Assembly: GCA_947039485.1 (NCBI GenBank)
Contig: CAMQZC010000009.1
Location: 10,974-74,973, forward strand
Reading direction: 5' to 3'
Origin: an uncultured Verrucomicrobiales bacterium
GTDB lineage: Bacteria; Verrucomicrobiota; Verrucomicrobiia; Verrucomicrobiales; Akkermansiaceae
DNA length: 64,000 nt
The notes under the pieces are model-generated. The model did not search any database. It was not told where the DNA came from and saw only the letters and a list, made by a program, of their open reading frames with translations. A program made the translations under genes and the position numbers. Shown in pieces: positions 36,091-45,896 of the stretch (its first letter is position 1; each line of letters opens with the position of its first letter).

Positions 36091-37368
36091 ATGCTAGATA
36101 TTCGTCTAATTCGCGAAACCCCCGAGTATGTGAAAGAACGTATCCGCCAACGCGGCGGTGACCACTGGATGCTCGTCGACCAAATCTTGGAATGTGACGA
36201 GGAGCGCCGCCGTCTCGAAACGGAGAAACAAACCCTCGCAGCCGAGCGCAACAGCAGCTCCAAACTCATCGGTCAAATGATGAAGGAAGGCCGCAAGGAT
36301 GACGCCACTGCGCTCAAGGAGCGCATGGGCATCGTCGGTGAACGACTCAAGGCGCTTGACGCCCTTGCGGATACCGCCTCTTCACAGCTGGAAAGCCTGC
36401 TTCTCAATCTCCCAAATATGCCTTATGATGAGGCTCCCATCGGTCTGAATGAGGAATGTAATCCTGAGATTCGCCTCTGGGGTGAAAAGCCAGCTATCGC
36501 TGAGCCTCAAAACCACGTTGAGCTCGCTACCAAGCTGGGTATAATCAACTTTGAAGACGCTGCTCGCATCTCGGGCTCAGGCTTCATCGTCTACCGTGGC
36601 AAGGGAGCACGCCTTGAGCGCTCTCTGATCAACTTCTTGCTCGACACACAGACGCAGGAGAATGGCTACGAGGAAGTGGGCGTACCCTTTATCGTGCGCC
36701 GCGAGTGCATGTACGGCACCGGTCAGCTTCCCAAGTTTGAAGATGACATGTACGGGCTGGAGGACAATAGCGTCTTTCTCATCCCTACAGCTGAGGTACC
36801 TGTGACCAATCTCTGCCGCGATCAGATTATCAAAGAATCCCAACTTCCCATCATGCTCACAGCTCAAACACCTTGCTTCCGCCGTGAGGCTGGCTCGGCT
36901 GGTCGTGAGAATAAGGGCATGATTCGCGTGCATCAATTTGATAAGGTTGAGCTCGTGCAGGTCTGCAAGCCCGAGGAGGGCATGGCTCGCCTTGAGGAGC
37001 TCACGGGTCACGCTGAGTCCATCTTACAAAAGCTGGGTCTGCACTACCGCGTCATCGAGCTTTGCACAGGTGATATGGGCTTTAGCAGTGCCAAGACTTA
37101 CGACATTGAGGTCTGGGCACCCGGTCAGGGCAAGTACCTCGAGGTATCGAGCTGCTCCTGCTTCACCGACTACCAATCACGCCGCATGAAGCTGCGCTAC
37201 AAGGATAGCGATGGCAAGATTCACTTCCCCTACACTCTCAACGGCTCAGGAACGGCTCTCCCACGTCTCTATGTAGCTTTGCTTGAGCAGTACCAGCAGC
37301 CCGATGGCTCTGTCATCATCCCCCCTGCTCTAGCTCCATACTTTGGAGCCGACAGCATCTCCATCTAA
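36091..37368 (+). CDS. serS: Seryl-tRNA synthetase
   Basis: 425 aa. N-terminal coiled-coil arm. Class II motifs FRREAGSAGRENKGMIRVHQFDKVE and LNGSGTALPR. Confidence 0.95.
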   Translation: MLDIRLIRETPEYVKERIRQRGGDHWMLVDQILECDEERRRLETEKQTLAAERNSSSKLIGQMMKEGRKDDATALKERMGIVGERLKALDALADTASSQLESLLLNLPNMPYDEAPIGLNEECNPEIRLWGEKPAIAEPQNHVELATKLGIINFEDAARISGSGFIVYRGKGARLERSLINFLLDTQTQENGYEEVGVPFIVRRECMYGTGQLPKFEDDMYGLEDNSVFLIPTAEVPVTNLCRDQIIKESQLPIMLTAQTPCFRREAGSAGRENKGMIRVHQFDKVELVQVCKPEEGMARLEELTGHAESILQKLGLHYRVIELCTGDMGFSSAKTYDIEVWAPGQGKYLEVSSCSCFTDYQSRRMKLRYKDSDGKIHFPYTLNGSGTALPRLYVALLEQYQQPDGSVIIPPALAPYFGADSISI

Positions 37369-37394
37369 TTCAATCTCCTGCCTAACTACCTCTT

Positions 37395-38024
37395 ATGACC
37401 GAGCTTATCTACGCCATGGGACCCCTCTTCTGGGTCATGATTATCTTTGCAGCCCTCGCTCTTGGGGTGCTTGCTGAGAGACTCTTTTACTTCCATCGCG
37501 TCAATATTAACTCGGGCGATTTCCTGCGTGGGCTCTCCGCCCTCCTGCGATCGGGGAAGTATGAGGAGGCGCTGCATGCAGCACGCCTACTGCCCGGGCC
37601 AATGGCTCGCGTGGTAGAGTCGGTGCTGTGTCGCCCTACACTGGTGCGCAGCGAGCTGCGCGACATTGCTCTTGAGGCAACGCAGCTTGAGATTTATCGC
37701 ATTGAGCGTAATATCCGCGTCCTGCTCACCGTCGCAACGGTCTGCCCCCTGTTGGGCATCTTGGGCACGATGCTTGCGCTCATCCAGTTTTACGAGCAGC
37801 CCGGCATCACTGATACGGCTGCCGTTAGCCCAGAGATCGCAGGTACCCTGCATCAGGCCTTGATGAGCTCAACCTCGGGTATCATCCTCGCTATCCCCTG
37901 CTACCTCTTCTACATGTACCTAGCCTCTCGTGCTAGAAAGACCGTCAACAGCGTCGAGCGTGCTGGTCTCGAATGCGTGCACATCATCTGTGATGCGCGC
38001 ATGACAGATGAGAAGAACTCCTAA
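37395..38024 (+). CDS. MotA/TolQ/ExbB proton-channel family protein
   Basis: Three TM helices and the conserved C-terminal block LLGILGTMLALIQFY...ALMSSTSGIILAIPCYLFYMYL. Followed by an ExbD/TolR-like gene. Confidence 0.85.
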   Translation: MTELIYAMGPLFWVMIIFAALALGVLAERLFYFHRVNINSGDFLRGLSALLRSGKYEEALHAARLLPGPMARVVESVLCRPTLVRSELRDIALEATQLEIYRIERNIRVLLTVATVCPLLGILGTMLALIQFYEQPGITDTAAVSPEIAGTLHQALMSSTSGIILAIPCYLFYMYLASRARKTVNSVERAGLECVHIICDARMTDEKNS

Positions 38025-38038
38025 CTCAATTAGCCCTG

Positions 38039-38476
38039 ATGAATAGGCAACGACAAGGCATCACCCAGAGCGGGGTACTCATCATCGTCATAGCCAGTAT
38101 CAACATGCTGCTGCTGCTCTGCACATGCATGCTCATGCACAATCACCTAATGCCCTATTTTGGGGTCAACGTGCAACCAGCTTCCTCGCAGTTTATCATG
38201 GGTATACTCGACCGCAGCAACACGCATTACATCAGTATCACAGCAGGCGAAGAGCCGCGCTTCTTCCTCCGCAGCAAGGAGATTAAGGGCGGATGGATTG
38301 GTGTTGAAAAGGCGCTAAATGCACTGGATGGCGATACACCCGGGCGCATCAACATCATCATCAACGCAGATGAGGCAGTTGCCCTCGGGACAACACAACG
38401 ACTCATCGACCTCATCCTCACGCACGGGTTCACCTGCGCCATTGCGGCACAATCGGCCACGACCAGCACGCCATGA
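38039..38476 (+). CDS. ExbD/TolR-like biopolymer transport protein
   Basis: N-terminal TM anchor, then a periplasmic domain ending INIIINADEAVALGTTQRLIDLILTHGF (ExbD-type). Operonic with the ExbB-like gene. Confidence 0.7.
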   Translation: MNRQRQGITQSGVLIIVIASINMLLLLCTCMLMHNHLMPYFGVNVQPASSQFIMGILDRSNTHYISITAGEEPRFFLRSKEIKGGWIGVEKALNALDGDTPGRINIIINADEAVALGTTQRLIDLILTHGFTCAIAAQSATTSTP

Positions 38477-38892
38477 CCCCACCGTCGCAGGATAATAACA
38501 GCCTTTCGTACCACCCTGAGCACAAATCCAACCTCAGGGGATGCATCCCTTTTTACGCCCTAATCATGCTGGTTATCATCGTCATGCTGGGTGTCTTTAT
38601 CCAAGTGGATGTTCCTGAACGCAGCCTAGACCAAGGCGAAGGTCATGTATACTACCAGCCCGATCCTGCAGTCCTCGCTAACATCCGATCGCTGAGCCCC
38701 CTGCCTATCGAGTTACCGCGTTTTGCTGACCCTGCGCAGCAGACCAGCTACGAGATCATCCTCAATCACTCACGTGAGCCCAAGCTTGCACCAGCCCCGA
38801 GCATCAAGCCGTTTGACAAGCCAGCCTACTCCGCGGTCTTGAAGAAAGACGAGCTCCTCCCCCCCATCTCAAGCCCAGTACACAAGCCATGA
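38473..38892 (+). CDS. Hypothetical single-pass membrane protein, proline-containing periplasmic tail
   Basis: Overlaps the previous stop by 4 nt. TM FYALIMLVIIVMLGVFIQV. It sits where a TonB-like partner would be expected, but no TonB C-terminal domain is visible. Confidence 0.45.
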   Translation: MTPPSQDNNSLSYHPEHKSNLRGCIPFYALIMLVIIVMLGVFIQVDVPERSLDQGEGHVYYQPDPAVLANIRSLSPLPIELPRFADPAQQTSYEIILNHSREPKLAPAPSIKPFDKPAYSAVLKKDELLPPISSPVHKP

Positions 38893-39113
38893 GCATCGCC
38901 GCTTTAACGCTCTCTGGCTTTTTTGAGCTCTGTCTCTACCTCGGATTTGCCATCATGCTACTCTGCCTCTTCCCGGCAATCCTGCTGAGCAAAATACGCC
39001 GCAACAGGAGACGTAAAAACCGTCTCAACTGCCGTCTCTGTGCCTATCGTTTTGTCCGCCGCGATGGTGATGAGCAAGCTATCTGCCCTCACTGCCAAGC
39101 CAAGAACCGTTAA
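38889..39113 (+). CDS. Small membrane protein with C-terminal zinc-ribbon (CxxC...CxxC)
   Basis: 74 aa. TM segment, then NCRLCAYRF...AICPHCQAK. 4-nt overlap with the upstream ORF. Confidence 0.45.
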   Translation: MSIAALTLSGFFELCLYLGFAIMLLCLFPAILLSKIRRNRRRKNRLNCRLCAYRFVRRDGDEQAICPHCQAKNR

Positions 39114-41257
39114 GCGGTCACGGCCTGCTCGATCTGCTCTGCAATCAAGTTGCGCAGCCCCATATGCTCAGGACGTAGCAAGTCAGGGTCAGCATCAAGT
39201 ATCTCACTTGCCTCACGATTGGCACGGTGAATGAGCCTTGAATCGCTCAACCACTCGGGGAACTCAATAGCCCCAAGACCACTCTGAGCCTTGCCCAGCA
39301 CATCACCTGGACCGCGCAGACGAAAGTCCTCCTCCGCGATAACAAAGCCATTGTTGCTGCGGCAGAGCACATCAAGCTTCTCCCATGCAGGGTCAGCTAG
39401 CTTGGCCTCAGAGAGGAGAATACAGTAGCTCTTGTGCTCACCTCGCCCGATACGACCGCGTAGCTGGTGGAGCTGTGAAAGCCCAAAAGCGTCAGCATCA
39501 TTGATGAGCATCACGGTCGCATTAGCCACATCTACACCCACCTCAATAACAGTTGTTGCAACGAGGATTGAGCTATCATTTGTGCGAAAAGCCGACATCA
39601 CAGCATCCTTTTCCTCCGCTGAGAGTCGCCCATGTAGCAGCCCGAGGCTGTAGTCGGGGAACTCGGCACACCAACGCTCAAACTCTGCCGTAGCAGAGGC
39701 TTGTGCGCGCTTCTCGCTCTCTGCCACGAGGGGGGAGACAATATAAATCTGTCGCCCAGCCTCAAGCTCTGATCGCATGAATGAGATAATCTTCTTCATC
39801 TGCTTGGGGCTGCGCAGAGCCGTAGTGATGCTACCGCGATTAGCTGGCAGCTCATCAATAATAGACACATCCAAGTCCCCATAGATACTCAGTGTAAGCG
39901 TACGAGGGATAGGAGTAGCTGTCATTACCAGCAAATCTGGGGGGGAGTCTAGTGCGATAAACTGCTCGCGCTGCTCGACACCAAACTTGTGCTGCTCATC
40001 AATCACGGCAAGGCCTAGAGCCTTGGGGCGATTCTTCTTGTAGAGCAGCGCATGCGTGCCCACGATGATGCGCGCGCCATCATTGATGTTGTCCTGCTGC
40101 AGCTCGATGAGCTCGGAGTCTTCCTTGCGGCTTGAGGTGCGCAGCGAGATGGGGATATCCATCCCCTTGAGCAGGCGGCAAAATTGAGCATAGTGCTGCT
40201 CAGCTAAAATCTGAGTAGGAGCAATCAAAGCAGCACTCTTGCCACTCTCGATAGCCAACAGCATAGCAGAGAGCGCGACGAGCGTCTTGCCGCTGCCAAC
40301 ATCGCCCTGCAAAAGTCGGTTCATCACTGTAGGCTGCCTCATATCCGCCTCAATCTCGGCGATAGAGCGCAGCTGGGCCGATGTCAGTGTAAAGGGCAGC
40401 GCCTCGTGTAACTGCTCTAGGTAATATCGTGTCGTTGCTGTCTGCTGTCCCTGCTTGCGCTGGGAGCAGCGGCGGCGCCACTGCACCTTAAACTGCTGGA
40501 CAAAGCACTCTGCAAGGGCAAAGCGTAGCCGAGCCTTGCGCGACTTGTCCAACTCCTCGGGGAAGTGCGCATCGCGCAGCGCCTCTGCGAGGGGGTAGCT
40601 GCTCGCCACGTCATAGTAGCTTGGGCGTATCTCAGGGTTGAGCTCTTGAATAATCTTCCACATAATCTCACGGTAGCGACGAGGAGTCACTCCTGAGAGA
40701 GCCTTGTAGATGGGCACGATGCGGTTGCTATGCAGCAGCTGAGGCTCCTGCTGAGGAGTTAGCACCGAGCCAGCAACAGGCTCTGCGGCACCCTCAAGGC
40801 TACCGCCCAGCGCGAGCTCGGCTAAGCGCATACCTGAGTCGTCATCCACAACTTCAAAGTCAGGGTTAACAATGCAGAGCTTGCCAGCATAATCCTTGGC
40901 CTGCCCGTAGACATAGAGATTTTGCCCTGTCGCAATCATCTTAGCAATGTAGGGCGCGTGAAACCAGCGCAGATAGAGACGAGAGCCTAGGCTGCTGTTC
41001 TCCTCGCCTAAAACCGCCTCAAAATAGCGTTTGAAGGAGAATCTCCAGCCGCAGGAGTAGACATGTAGACGCAGGCAGCCTGTTTGACCATGGCTGAACT
41101 CAGATAGACTCAGCGAGCAGCGTCTATCCTCGTAGCGACGGGGCAAGCGGCGCAGTAAATCGCCAATACGTAGCAGGGACGCGGCCTCAAATGCAGCAAT
41201 CTCGCGTACATTCAACTCCGTCCACGCTGCTAGCTTGTCTGACCATTGCAGGGACAT
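39110..41257 (-). CDS. recG: ATP-dependent DNA helicase RecG
   Basis: Wedge/OB N-terminal region. Walker A QGDVGSGKT, VIDEQHKFG (DEQH), MTATPIPRT, QLHQLRGRIGRG. Start moved to M17 (41257) to avoid overlap with the upstream amidase gene. Confidence 0.93.
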   Translation of the reverse strand: MSLQWSDKLAAWTELNVREIAAFEAASLLRIGDLLRRLPRRYEDRRCSLSLSEFSHGQTGCLRLHVYSCGWRFSFKRYFEAVLGEENSSLGSRLYLRWFHAPYIAKMIATGQNLYVYGQAKDYAGKLCIVNPDFEVVDDDSGMRLAELALGGSLEGAAEPVAGSVLTPQQEPQLLHSNRIVPIYKALSGVTPRRYREIMWKIIQELNPEIRPSYYDVASSYPLAEALRDAHFPEELDKSRKARLRFALAECFVQQFKVQWRRRCSQRKQGQQTATTRYYLEQLHEALPFTLTSAQLRSIAEIEADMRQPTVMNRLLQGDVGSGKTLVALSAMLLAIESGKSAALIAPTQILAEQHYAQFCRLLKGMDIPISLRTSSRKEDSELIELQQDNINDGARIIVGTHALLYKKNRPKALGLAVIDEQHKFGVEQREQFIALDSPPDLLVMTATPIPRTLTLSIYGDLDVSIIDELPANRGSITTALRSPKQMKKIISFMRSELEAGRQIYIVSPLVAESEKRAQASATAEFERWCAEFPDYSLGLLHGRLSAEEKDAVMSAFRTNDSSILVATTVIEVGVDVANATVMLINDADAFGLSQLHQLRGRIGRGEHKSYCILLSEAKLADPAWEKLDVLCRSNNGFVIAEEDFRLRGPGDVLGKAQSGLGAIEFPEWLSDSRLIHRANREASEILDADPDLLRPEHMGLRNLIAEQIEQAVTA

Positions 41258-41274
41258 CCTCAACAAGGGCAAGC

Positions 41275-41967
41275 TTAGCGATTGGGCACACCGTTGTTGA
41301 TGCAACGGTAGTAGTAGTCAACGCGAGCGTGGAACCAAGCCCACTTGCGGCCGGGGCGGCCACCATCAAGCAGGGGGCCTGGGCAGCTTTTGCCATACCA
41401 GTGGTAATGAGGAACAACACGGCGGAGGGGGATATTGAAACGCTTCATCAGCAGGGCTGTCAGCTTTGCTGAGCGGTTCCAAGTATGAAAGTGATTATGA
41501 CCACGACTCTCATTCTCGCACATCTCAATGCCAATGGAGTTCATATTCCCAGCCCTAGTCCCTGCATGCCATGCGGACTCGTTGAGCGGAAGATGCTGCA
41601 CAGACATATAGCGGTCGACGGTAAAGTGCCAGCTGCGATCCCTAAATGCGCCATTCTTCAGCGCGCGAGAATGCTGCATCGCGGAGGCTGTGGGCTTGCG
41701 GTTAGCCGTGCTATGAATCGTGAGGAAGGTTGGCTTGATGCGCTTTGCTTTGCGACGCGCCAAAGAGCGAGAAGACATAATCTGAGGTTTGATATTCACC
41801 TCGCGTGCCAGCTGTCGCATACTGCGGGGGATGAGTTTCGACTTAACAGGGGAAAAAACAACCGCCTTTGGTGAGCGCAAACGAGGGTTTAAACTCTGAT
41901 TCTGGCAAGAAGACTGTATGAAGAAAAACAGGCAGAGTAGAATCACAAACTTCGCACGACCAAGCAT
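41275..41967 (-). CDS. N-acetylmuramoyl-L-alanine amidase (Amidase_2 / PGRP fold), secreted
   Basis: Signal-like N-terminus. FLTIHSTAN, SWHFTVD, AWHAGTRAGNMNSIGIEMCE, VVPHYHWYGKSCPGPLL. Confidence 0.85.
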   Translation of the reverse strand: MLGRAKFVILLCLFFFIQSSCQNQSLNPRLRSPKAVVFSPVKSKLIPRSMRQLAREVNIKPQIMSSRSLARRKAKRIKPTFLTIHSTANRKPTASAMQHSRALKNGAFRDRSWHFTVDRYMSVQHLPLNESAWHAGTRAGNMNSIGIEMCENESRGHNHFHTWNRSAKLTALLMKRFNIPLRRVVPHYHWYGKSCPGPLLDGGRPGRKWAWFHARVDYYYRCINNGVPNR

Positions 41968-42152
41968 CTCTCTATACTGACATCAACATGCACCCATAGC
42001 AAGCAAAAAGAAAATAACGCTAATAATTAACTTGTCATAACTAACATAGCGAAAGTAAAAGAAATCCCCCAGCGATTCATGATCGCTGGGGGATTAATAA
42101 AATTGGTTTTTATCGCTTAGAATTGATGACTAAGCAAACAATTTAGCAGGTC

Positions 42153-43838
42153 TTATGGCATGGGGAACGCCTTGTTGAAGGCTGTTACCTCAGCGCGGAG
42201 ACTGGCGTAGGCGTCAGGGCATTCGCATACCTTTTGGGAGGCGAGGATACCGAGGCAGCGACCGATGTACTCAGCTACTACTTCAACGTCAGCTTCCTTC
42301 ATACCGCGAGTTGTCACAGCAGGTGTGCCGATGCGAATGCCGGAGGGCTTGAAGGTTGAGCCCTTGTCAAAGGGAATGGAGTTCTTGTTCACCGTGATGC
42401 CGACGAGATCGAGAGCCTTTTGAGCTTCAACACCGTTGATACCCTTGGCGCTGACATCCACCATGAAGCAGTGGTTATCTGTACCACCAGAGACCACGCG
42501 CAGACCCATAGCAGACATTTTGTCAGCCATGGCCTTAGCATTGCTAACCACCTGCTTGGAGTATTGGATAAACTCAGGCTTGAGAGCCTCACCAAGGCAG
42601 ACTGCTTTGGCAGCAATCACGTGCATCAGAGGACCACCTTGCATACCTGGGAAAGTAGCGCTATCGAGCTTCTTTGCCCACTGCTCCTTGCAGAGCACCA
42701 TACCGCCACGAGGGCCACGCAGGCTCTTGTGCGTCGTTGTGGAGACAAAGTCAGCGTAGGGAACTGGGGTTGGATGCACACCCGCAGCCACGAGGCCTGC
42801 GATGTGAGCCATATCGACAAACATGATAGCACCCACCTCATCACAAATAGCGCGCACGGCCGCAAAATCAATTGTACGGGAGTAAGCAGAGGCACCCACG
42901 ACAATCATCTTGGGCTTCACCACGCGAGCGCGCTCAGCCATGGCATCGTAATCAATCATCTCGCTATCCTCACGCACACCGTAATGCTCCACCTTGTAGA
43001 GACGGCCTGAGAAGTTAGCAAAGAAGCCATGGGTCAAGTGACCACCATGGGAAAGGTCCATCGAGAGGATGGTATCGCCAAGCTCAAGAGCGGCGAGGTA
43101 GACCGACATGTTAGCCTGCGAACCCGAGTGAGCTTGCACGTTAGCATGGTCGCAGCCAAAGAGAGCCTTAGCGCGGTCAATAGCGAGTTGCTCCACCTCA
43201 TCGACAACTTCACAGCCACCGTACCAGCGGCGGTTGGGGTAGCCCTCGGCATACTTGTTGGTGAGCACAGAGCCCTGAGCCTCCATGACAGAGGGTGATG
43301 TGAAATTCTCCGAGGCAATAAGCTCGATGTTATTGTTCTGGCGCTGGCACTCCTCCTCAATGAGCTTTGCAAGCTCAGGGTCGCTAACAGCGAGGGGGGA
43401 TCCAGAGGCCTTTGCCAAGCGACGCACGTGGCGATCACCTTCAAACTCAGCCTCAAGCCAAATTGTGATAATCTCCTCAAGCATCTCATTGCTTACAAAA
43501 GCGGATGAAAGGCAGAGAACGTTGCTATCATTATGCTGACGGGAAAGAGCAGCCACCTGAGGTGTCGAGCAAAGCGACCCACGAATGCCCTTCCAATGAT
43601 TAGCGGCAATTGTCATGCCCTGCCCAGAGAAGCAGATAAGAATGCCGCGATCGGCGCGATCATCGATAATAGCCTTGCAAACTGCATTGGCGTGATCCGA
43701 GTAATCGCATGCTGCCTTAGTTTCTGGCCCCATATCCTCGACGGTATGACCCAGAGAATTAAGAATCTCAACAGCTGCTTCCTTCAAATCCACGCCTTTG
43801 TGGTCTGAACCGATGGCAATACGAAACGTTGTGCTCAT
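42153..43838 (-). CDS. glyA: Fusion protein: ribose-5-phosphate isomerase B (RpiB/LacAB) + serine hydroxymethyltransferase
   Basis: From M32 of the track ORF: [16 protein letters not shown]...[17 protein letters not shown]...NDSNVLCL (RpiB). This is followed in frame by [31 protein letters not shown]...[15 protein letters not shown] (SHMT with PLP lysine). Confidence 0.9.
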   Translation of the reverse strand: MSTTFRIAIGSDHKGVDLKEAAVEILNSLGHTVEDMGPETKAACDYSDHANAVCKAIIDDRADRGILICFSGQGMTIAANHWKGIRGSLCSTPQVAALSRQHNDSNVLCLSSAFVSNEMLEEIITIWLEAEFEGDRHVRRLAKASGSPLAVSDPELAKLIEEECQRQNNNIELIASENFTSPSVMEAQGSVLTNKYAEGYPNRRWYGGCEVVDEVEQLAIDRAKALFGCDHANVQAHSGSQANMSVYLAALELGDTILSMDLSHGGHLTHGFFANFSGRLYKVEHYGVREDSEMIDYDAMAERARVVKPKMIVVGASAYSRTIDFAAVRAICDEVGAIMFVDMAHIAGLVAAGVHPTPVPYADFVSTTTHKSLRGPRGGMVLCKEQWAKKLDSATFPGMQGGPLMHVIAAKAVCLGEALKPEFIQYSKQVVSNAKAMADKMSAMGLRVVSGGTDNHCFMVDVSAKGINGVEAQKALDLVGITVNKNSIPFDKGSTFKPSGIRIGTPAVTTRGMKEADVEVVAEYIGRCLGILASQKVCECPDAYASLRAEVTAFNKAFPMP

Positions 43839-43932
43839 AGTGATGGTAAGCGGAATATTCCGCCAAGCAAAAGGTAGCACAGGACGCACCAAATCGCAAG
43901 AAAAATAAGTAGTCTTCCAATCTAAAAACAAT

Positions 43933-43964
43933 CAGGCCATAGCACAAAAAAGTGCTATGGCCTG
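43933..43964 (-). terminator. Hairpin terminator after rpsF
   Basis: Perfect 13-bp stem caggccatagcac (43933-43945) / gtgctatggcctg (43952-43964), loop A6/T6. On the minus strand it is followed by attgttttt. Confidence 0.65.
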
Positions 43965-43992
43965 GAAAATTGTCTTTAACTGCGACTAAAGC

Positions 43993-44271
43993 TTATTTAG
44001 AGCGGTAGTACTGGTAGTGAACGCGCTCGTCAATGGCGAGGCTCTCACGAGCAGTGCGGATGACGCTGGGTTCAGCGTCAAAGGAGAAGAGCATATACTG
44101 ACCATGTGTAAGATGGTTTGATTCATATGCAAATTCACGGCGACCAATGTTATTTGTCTCCGTAACCTTGGCACCAGCAACTTCAAGCTTGGCAGCCATT
44201 TCGGCAGTAAGCTCGTCCAGCGTTGCGGAACCCTTCATGTTGAGGACGATTAATGCTTCGTACTTTCTCAT
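43993..44271 (-). CDS. rpsF: 30S ribosomal protein S6
   Basis: From M16 of the track ORF: MRKYEALIVLN...GAKVTETNNIGRREFAYESNHLTHGQYMLFSFDAEP. This is the S6 pattern (YE..i.., G.R.laY, G.Y). Confidence 0.85.
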   Translation of the reverse strand: MRKYEALIVLNMKGSATLDELTAEMAAKLEVAGAKVTETNNIGRREFAYESNHLTHGQYMLFSFDAEPSVIRTARESLAIDERVHYQYYRSK

Positions 44272-44400
44272 AATTTTTTTTTGTAAGATCTTGCTTTCGC
44301 AGAATGCGGTCGCCAAGGATGCACTTATTTTCCTTGGATTGCAAGTCTAAAGTGTAAGATTTTAATTTTTTTTATGTTATTGACAGCCGAGGGCTAGCGA

Positions 44401-45369
44401 TTAGATAAGCTTCATGCGCACCAAATCCTGTGTATCAATCAAACCAACAGGCTTCTTGTCAGCATCTAACACAACCAAATCATCAATGCGCCTATCCTGC
44501 AGTGTCTTCACAGCAACGATAGCGAGCTTATCCGCCTCAACATAGATAGGATGATGCGTCATGAGGCTCTCTACGGGATTCATACCGCACATCACATCCT
44601 GCTGGTAGGCTCGCGCAAAGTCACCGTGAGTGAAAATACCAGCAAGGCTACCATCCTCATGCGTGAGCACGCAGGCACCAGCACGAGCTGCGGTCATCGC
44701 CATGATGCAGTCACCCACCGTCGAGTTCTCTGGCAGCGTGGCAAAGTCCTTGCGCATGATATCAGCGATGCGAGTCAACAAGGCGCGACCCAGCGAGCCA
44801 CCTGGATGACTGCGGGCGAAGTCCTCCTTGCTAAAACCGCGTGACTCCAGTAGCGCCATCGCCAGCGCATCACCCATCACCAGCATCGCTGTGGAGGAGG
44901 AAGTCGGAGCGAGATTGAGAGGACAGGCCTCGCGCTCAACACCTGTATCAAGTACCACATCAGAGAGCTGAGCGAGACTAGATCCCGCCTTGCCCGTCAT
45001 GCCAATGATGGTCATGTCATAACGCTTGAGGAAGGGCATGAGCTTCATAAGCTCAGCGGTTTCACCTGAAAAGGACATGGCAATGCAAGCATCACCATCC
45101 TGCACGATACCGAGGTCGCCATGCAAGGCATTCATCGAGTCGAGTAGCACCGTAGGGGCACCTGTGGAGGTGAGAGTAGCCGCAATCTTATCACCGATAA
45201 TACCGCTCTTACCCACACCGACTATGACAATCTTGCGCCCTGTATCAATGGCCTTTTGCATGGCATCTACTGCCTGACAAAAGGACTCATCCAGTCGCGC
45301 TGCATTAGCGCGTAGGGCCTCAATCTCATCTTCAAAAACTTGCTTACCGCGAATAGTATGGTCAATCAT
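44401..45369 (-). CDS. kdsD: Arabinose-5-phosphate isomerase (KpsF/GutQ/KdsD family: SIS + 2 CBS)
   Basis: SIS domain KIVIVGVGKSGIIGDKIAATLTSTGAP...SFSGET. C-terminal tandem CBS segments. Confidence 0.88.
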   Translation of the reverse strand: MIDHTIRGKQVFEDEIEALRANAARLDESFCQAVDAMQKAIDTGRKIVIVGVGKSGIIGDKIAATLTSTGAPTVLLDSMNALHGDLGIVQDGDACIAMSFSGETAELMKLMPFLKRYDMTIIGMTGKAGSSLAQLSDVVLDTGVEREACPLNLAPTSSSTAMLVMGDALAMALLESRGFSKEDFARSHPGGSLGRALLTRIADIMRKDFATLPENSTVGDCIMAMTAARAGACVLTHEDGSLAGIFTHGDFARAYQQDVMCGMNPVESLMTHHPIYVEADKLAIVAVKTLQDRRIDDLVVLDADKKPVGLIDTQDLVRMKLI

Positions 45370-45896
45370 CGTAGAAAATCGGGTGCTATATCATCCCGTG
45401 TGAGATAATGTAACATAGCTCACCCCCTCTCTGCAATCAGAAATATCAATTAGCACGAACTCAAGATAAAATTCCTAACAATGAGCAAATACTCCCATTA
45501 GATCATCATAGCCCATCCGCGCTCAGCTCAAACAGCCGTAACATACCTTCCCTTCTCTAGATACATATTCTAAGCTCCTGCAATGCCCCCACCTTGAGCT
45601 AAAAACTGAAACCAACACAGAAAAAGTGCAGCCTATAACAGACTAGCATAGCAACCACGACAGCCCCACGACACAACCAAAGAGAGAATCGTTCACGCCC
45701 TCCGCTCGCTTGCTCTTTAGTATATTGATGAGTGCTAGCTGCCCCAACAAGCTCTCAGAGCAACTATTACAACTTGATCATGAATCTTAGATACGCGCCC
45801 TGCCCCAAAAAAACAAAGCGCAGCACAGCCCTGTACTGCACAAGTGCCTGATGCAGGCTTGAAATACTAAGCTCTATCTGCTATCCTTTCCTCACG

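Noticed and set aside
39110-39113. 4-nt overlap of convergent stop codons (ttaa) between the small zinc-ribbon ORF and recG. A 46-nt convergent overlap also occurs at 51392-51437.
   Set aside because: These are most simply explained by compact gene packing or by the small ORFs being marginal calls. There is no evidence of a regulatory antisense arrangement.
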